Shown here one piece after another: positions 24,638-28,473 of a stretch of DNA of 28,473 bases. Position numbers and translations under genes: made by a program. Under the pieces are notes generated by a model that saw only the letters and a program-made list of their open reading frames with translations, ran no database searches and was not told the DNA's origin. This DNA is from a virus. The DNA lies in the UHGV virus genome UHGV-0135791; one strand, 5' to 3'. Each line of letters opens with the position of its first letter. Within the stretch, counting starts at the first letter, position 1.

Positions 24638-24999
24638 ACATTAACGACTACACGGGCATACCTTACGACTTTCGCAAGCGCAATTGCTGGCACCATGTGC
24701 GCATTGTCCGCGCGGATGCCGGGTTAGAAACCCCGGCGTTCGACGTTACAAGCCCAACGGCAATTAACGAAGCGTTCGACGAAGGTCACCGCAACACGAA
24801 GGGGCTTACGAAAATTGATAAGCCCGAAAACTTCTGTGCGGTGCTTATGGGTTATCGCCGTGGGGGTCGTATCGTGTGGCACGCGGGAGTTTACTTCGAC
24901 GGGATGGTGAGTCATTGTGAGCTTGCGTCGCGTCAGGTACGGCTTGACAGGCTGGCGGACCTCAGAGACACGTACACGGAGATTGAATTTTGGCGATAA
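24634..24999 (+). CDS. tail assembly protein, NlpC/P60-like (lambda K C-terminal-domain-like)
   Basis: Candidate Cys-His-His triad (NCWHHV, WHAGVY, VSHCE); ATGA coupling. Confidence 0.6.
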   Translation: MNINDYTGIPYDFRKRNCWHHVRIVRADAGLETPAFDVTSPTAINEAFDEGHRNTKGLTKIDKPENFCAVLMGYRRGGRIVWHAGVYFDGMVSHCELASRQVRLDRLADLRDTYTEIEFWR

Positions 25000-27545
25000 T
25001 CCTGCACTACACGCGAAACGCTGAGGGCGCTTTCGACCGTACAAAACACGTCGGGATGCCGATGGAGTTTGTCGTTAACCGTATCCCGGACGGCGTGCCG
25101 GTGCGCGTCTACCTCGGCGAGATTGGCGATGATACTGATGTCACCGACGACTTCGACGCACTTAAAGATGAAGACGCTGTATATCACATTATCGAGGGTG
25201 CGGGCGGCGGGATAGGTAACGCTATTGGGAAGGTGTTTGGTTTTATCCTTAAGCCAATTGCCAAGTTGTTTGGCCTGAACACGGCCGCCAACGCCAACTA
25301 CACGGCGACTAACAACCAGACAACGTCACCGAATAACAGCCTAACAGACCGCTCCAACAAGCCGCGTCCTTACGAGCGCTCCTATGACATCTGTGGGACT
25401 GTGCAGACAATCCCTAACGACCTGATGCAGACGTATAAGGCGTTCAACTCCACTGGTGCTTTGCTGGAATATTCGTACTATGACGCAGGGCGCGGACATC
25501 TGCATATTGAGGCTGATGGCGTCACAGAGGGCGACACCCTGATAAGCGACATCACAGGTTCCTCTGTTGCCGTATACGCGCCGTATACGTCACCGAACAA
25601 CACCACATCGCCGCAGCTACAAATCGGCGACATCATTGATCAGAAACTCTATGTTACATACTCCAACGACGACGTTGACGGTATCGTATTGAAAGCGCCA
25701 AACGACATCGGGGCTAACCCAAGCTCCGGCGGAACCGCCAAACGTATTTCGACCACCGGCTACCTCTACGACCCGTCAGGTGACTCTGCCTTTTCTGAGT
25801 TTCTTAACGTAGGTGACGTCGCAGTGCTGAGCAATTTTGACGTTAAGGACGTCACTAACCTGAACGGCTCATTTGAGGTTTTATATGTCGACGACTTCGA
25901 GGTTCGGCTGTACGTCGGGAATATAGGTAACTGGGGAAATCTTAATAGCGGAGAGACTTACGCGCTTACAGAGCGTTCATATACGTTTATAGGCCCAAGC
26001 AACACCTATGACGTATCTCTTACAGACTGGTATTACATGGTGCGCGGAGAAGTTGACCGGGTACTCGCTAACGTTGCAGGGCAGAACGGCCTCTACAAAT
26101 ACGACGGCGGCTATAATCGCACCAGCGTAACCGTAGAACTCCAGTACCAGATGATTGATTCCCAACGTAACCCGTTGGGCGATATTTACACAGTACAAGC
26201 TACAATTACGGGCAACAATACGGATTACGTCGGTACGTCCATTTATGGGCAGTTGCCTACCGCATCGCGTTTCCGCGCCCGCATGCGCCGCATAACGAAT
26301 TTCGATAAGGGCTACGACGGGACGGTAAGCGACGAGATAACGTTCATCAACCTGTACGGACAATCACTCGACACCACCTCGCACTACGGCAACAGAACTA
26401 CCGTACATTGCGCCCGTAAACAGACGCCTCGGGCCGCCAGTATCGACAACCCGGAACTGCGCATGATTGCAACCGAGATGTGCTACAAATACCTCGGCAA
26501 TGGGGTATTCGATACTGTAATGACCCCAAATACTCAGGCGGTGCAGTCGCTGATCAGACTGGCGCGCGACCCGGCGGTGGGTAATCTGGAACTGACAACG
26601 GCAAACATGGACAAGTTACTTGCTGTGCAGGAAGAGATTGAGTCCTATTTCGGAAGTGAGTTAGCGGGTCAGTTCTGCTACACGTTCGACGACTACGACA
26701 CCACGATGCAGGACATCGTTCAGACTATAGCGGAAGCCGTGTTCTGTACCGCGTACCGTAAAGGTGCGGATATTATGCTGCGATTCGACCGCCCGGTCGC
26801 CGGGCCAGAGATGGTGTTTACCCACCGCAGCAAAACTACCGGTACGGAGAAATGGACCCGCACGTTCAACGATTCTACGACCTACGATAGCCTGTCGTTC
26901 TCGTACATCGACCCGGATACGAACGTACAGGAGACGATTTATATACCGGAAGAACTCGGCGCAAACACCGAGGAGTACGAATCGAAAGGCGTGCGCAACT
27001 ATCAGCAGGCATATTGGCTAGCGTGGCGTCGCTACCAGCGTAACACGTTAAGTAAAGTTGTCGTAGAGTTCGAAGCTACCGAAGAGGGGGCGCTCGCTAC
27101 ACCGGGCGGTGTAATCAGCGTGGTTAAAGGTTCACGTATTGCGCCACAGGACGGCTATATTGTTGCCGTTAATGGGCTTACGCTGACACTGTCACAGCCC
27201 GTTACTTTCACACCCGGCGACGACCATTCTATCATCCTCAAGAAGCGCGACGGCTCCGTACAGAGTATATCTGTTATCAAAGGAACCCACGACCGCGAGG
27301 TGATTATGCTCTCTGCGCCGGAGGAGGCAATCTACACAGGGAATAGTGCGCTAAAAACTGAGTTTTCATTCGGCAACGAAGCAAGGCATAATGCTCAGAA
27401 GATAGTTGTTTCTTCAATCGACCCTGGTGACGACCGCACGGTCAAGATTACTGGTTACAACTACGACGACGGATTCTATAAATACGACGGCGTCGCGCCT
27501 TACGGCAGCGGTTTCTCCGACGGATTCAGCAATGGTTTTAATTAA
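24990..27545 (+). CDS. central tail fiber / tip attachment protein (lambda J-like) with gpI-like N-terminal region
   Basis: 851 aa; RFRARMRRIT parallels lambda J IRMRRMT; N-terminal 100 aa (DAVYHIIEGAGGGIGNAIGKVFGFIL) resemble lambda gpI; TTG start at 24990 is uncertain. Confidence 0.75.
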   Translation: MAIILHYTRNAEGAFDRTKHVGMPMEFVVNRIPDGVPVRVYLGEIGDDTDVTDDFDALKDEDAVYHIIEGAGGGIGNAIGKVFGFILKPIAKLFGLNTAANANYTATNNQTTSPNNSLTDRSNKPRPYERSYDICGTVQTIPNDLMQTYKAFNSTGALLEYSYYDAGRGHLHIEADGVTEGDTLISDITGSSVAVYAPYTSPNNTTSPQLQIGDIIDQKLYVTYSNDDVDGIVLKAPNDIGANPSSGGTAKRISTTGYLYDPSGDSAFSEFLNVGDVAVLSNFDVKDVTNLNGSFEVLYVDDFEVRLYVGNIGNWGNLNSGETYALTERSYTFIGPSNTYDVSLTDWYYMVRGEVDRVLANVAGQNGLYKYDGGYNRTSVTVELQYQMIDSQRNPLGDIYTVQATITGNNTDYVGTSIYGQLPTASRFRARMRRITNFDKGYDGTVSDEITFINLYGQSLDTTSHYGNRTTVHCARKQTPRAASIDNPELRMIATEMCYKYLGNGVFDTVMTPNTQAVQSLIRLARDPAVGNLELTTANMDKLLAVQEEIESYFGSELAGQFCYTFDDYDTTMQDIVQTIAEAVFCTAYRKGADIMLRFDRPVAGPEMVFTHRSKTTGTEKWTRTFNDSTTYDSLSFSYIDPDTNVQETIYIPEELGANTEEYESKGVRNYQQAYWLAWRRYQRNTLSKVVVEFEATEEGALATPGGVISVVKGSRIAPQDGYIVAVNGLTLTLSQPVTFTPGDDHSIILKKRDGSVQSISVIKGTHDREVIMLSAPEEAIYTGNSALKTEFSFGNEARHNAQKIVVSSIDPGDDRTVKITGYNYDDGFYKYDGVAPYGSGFSDGFSNGFN

Positions 27546-27557
27546 AGAGGACTCTAT

Positions 27558-28473
27558 ATGTCAAGCGGATGCGGTGACGTTTTAAGCCTGGCGGATTTAC
27601 AGACCGCCAAGAAACACCAGATTTTCGAAGCTGAAGTCATCACTGGCAAATCCGGCGGGGTTGCTGGTGGTGCAGATATTGATTACGCTACTAATCCGGT
27701 AACTGGGCAGATGCAGAAAACGCTTCCAGCCGTGTTGCGCGATGCTGGTTTTTCTCCTGTATCGTGGGACTTTTCCACCGGCGGTACGTTAACAGTTAAT
27801 GACCGCGACAAAGTTGTTTACGACCCGGTAAGCCTGACTTGGTACTCATATGCAGGTACGTTGCCGGTTACGGTTCCCGCGAGTTTTAACCCCGTCGGTA
27901 ACGCAAACTGGAAGCCGCAGACGGACCCAAATTTGCGTAATGATTTGGCGTCAAGTACCGCCGGTTTAGGGGCTTCACTGGTGTCTTTTTCCAACGGTAA
28001 CACCGTTGGAACATTATCTGACGCGGACGGTGCCAAGAACATAGGCAGCGGCGAAAGGAGTTTGCTTGCACGTAACAATGATGTTAAGCATTCTGGCGAC
28101 TTTTCTACCCTGCAAGCCGCGGTGGATGCGTCGCTACCGAAAAATGACTTACTTATTTCCCCTGGCGAATATACTGAAAAAGTTACTATTGGTAACGCAC
28201 AGTTAAAAGGCGTTGGTGGGGCTGTAGTACTAAAAACACCAACAGGCTTTACAAACACTGTCCAGGTTAATTCATCTACACCCCATTGGCAATTCCGCCA
28301 TAGTTGTGGTTTTGCTATAGATGGTTCTGGAACAACCGGGAGCGTAGGTATTAGTTTTGACCCGTCAGACCAATATTCTGGCCGACATAATTTTAGTGAT
28401 TTATACATCCACAACATCAACAAGGCCATTCAGAAGCCTTCCGGGAACATCGGTAATACATGGAGAAATATTG
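27558..28473 (+). CDS. tailspike/tail fiber, 5' partial (runs off window end)
   Basis: RBS AAAGAGGA then ATG 27558; open to the window end (305 codons); from about residue 180 the sequence looks like the start of a pectate-lyase-type beta-helix. Confidence 0.7.
   Translation, partial: MSSGCGDVLSLADLQTAKKHQIFEAEVITGKSGGVAGGADIDYATNPVTGQMQKTLPAVLRDAGFSPVSWDFSTGGTLTVNDRDKVVYDPVSLTWYSYAGTLPVTVPASFNPVGNANWKPQTDPNLRNDLASSTAGLGASLVSFSNGNTVGTLSDADGAKNIGSGERSLLARNNDVKHSGDFSTLQAAVDASLPKNDLLISPGEYTEKVTIGNAQLKGVGGAVVLKTPTGFTNTVQVNSSTPHWQFRHSCGFAIDGSGTTGSVGISFDPSDQYSGRHNFSDLYIHNINKAIQKPSGNIGNTWRNI

Noticed and set aside
27818-28429. 203-aa minus-strand ORF at the window end
   Set aside because: Antisense to the RBS-supported tailspike ORF on the + strand, which is open to the window end.
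1-28473. CRISPR array, integrase/attachment site, or immunity repressor
   Set aside because: No spaced direct repeats, no tyrosine/serine recombinase-like ORF and no CI-like repressor seen; temperate versus virulent lifestyle cannot be decided from this window.

Overview
The window reads as a near-contiguous segment of a tailed dsDNA phage (siphovirus-type, lambda/T1-like tail module), almost entirely on the + strand. Order: a block of small early-type genes (179-2211); holin, second membrane protein and GH24 endolysin (2287-3326); a terminator and promoter; more small genes; then TerS, TerL, portal, MuF-like head protein, an Ig-like-domain protein, Rz/Rz1 spanins, scaffold, major capsid, head-tail proteins, major tail protein, G/T chaperones, tape measure, distal tail/NlpC-P60/J-like proteins and the 5' part of a tailspike that runs off the window end. 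Three lower-GC minus-strand insertions interrupt this: (i) a truncated DnaN (beta-clamp) homolog at 10337-10858, (ii) a three-gene cassette at 18084-19671 (DUF3310-like, HTH-metallophosphoesterase fusion, Imm-like membrane protein), and (iii) an HNH/AP2 homing endonuclease at 22939-23589. The first two sit behind near-identical promoters that also match the early promoter at 119-147. Other points of interest are an in-frame amber codon at a conserved Trp position of an Ig-like domain (10159-10161), a hairpin that sequesters the holin RBS, spanins located about 8 kb from holin/endolysin, and a candidate -1 frameshift in the tail chaperone. No integrase, repressor, tRNA or CRISPR array was found. 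All product calls are from reading the translated ORFs and recalled family motifs; no database search was run.
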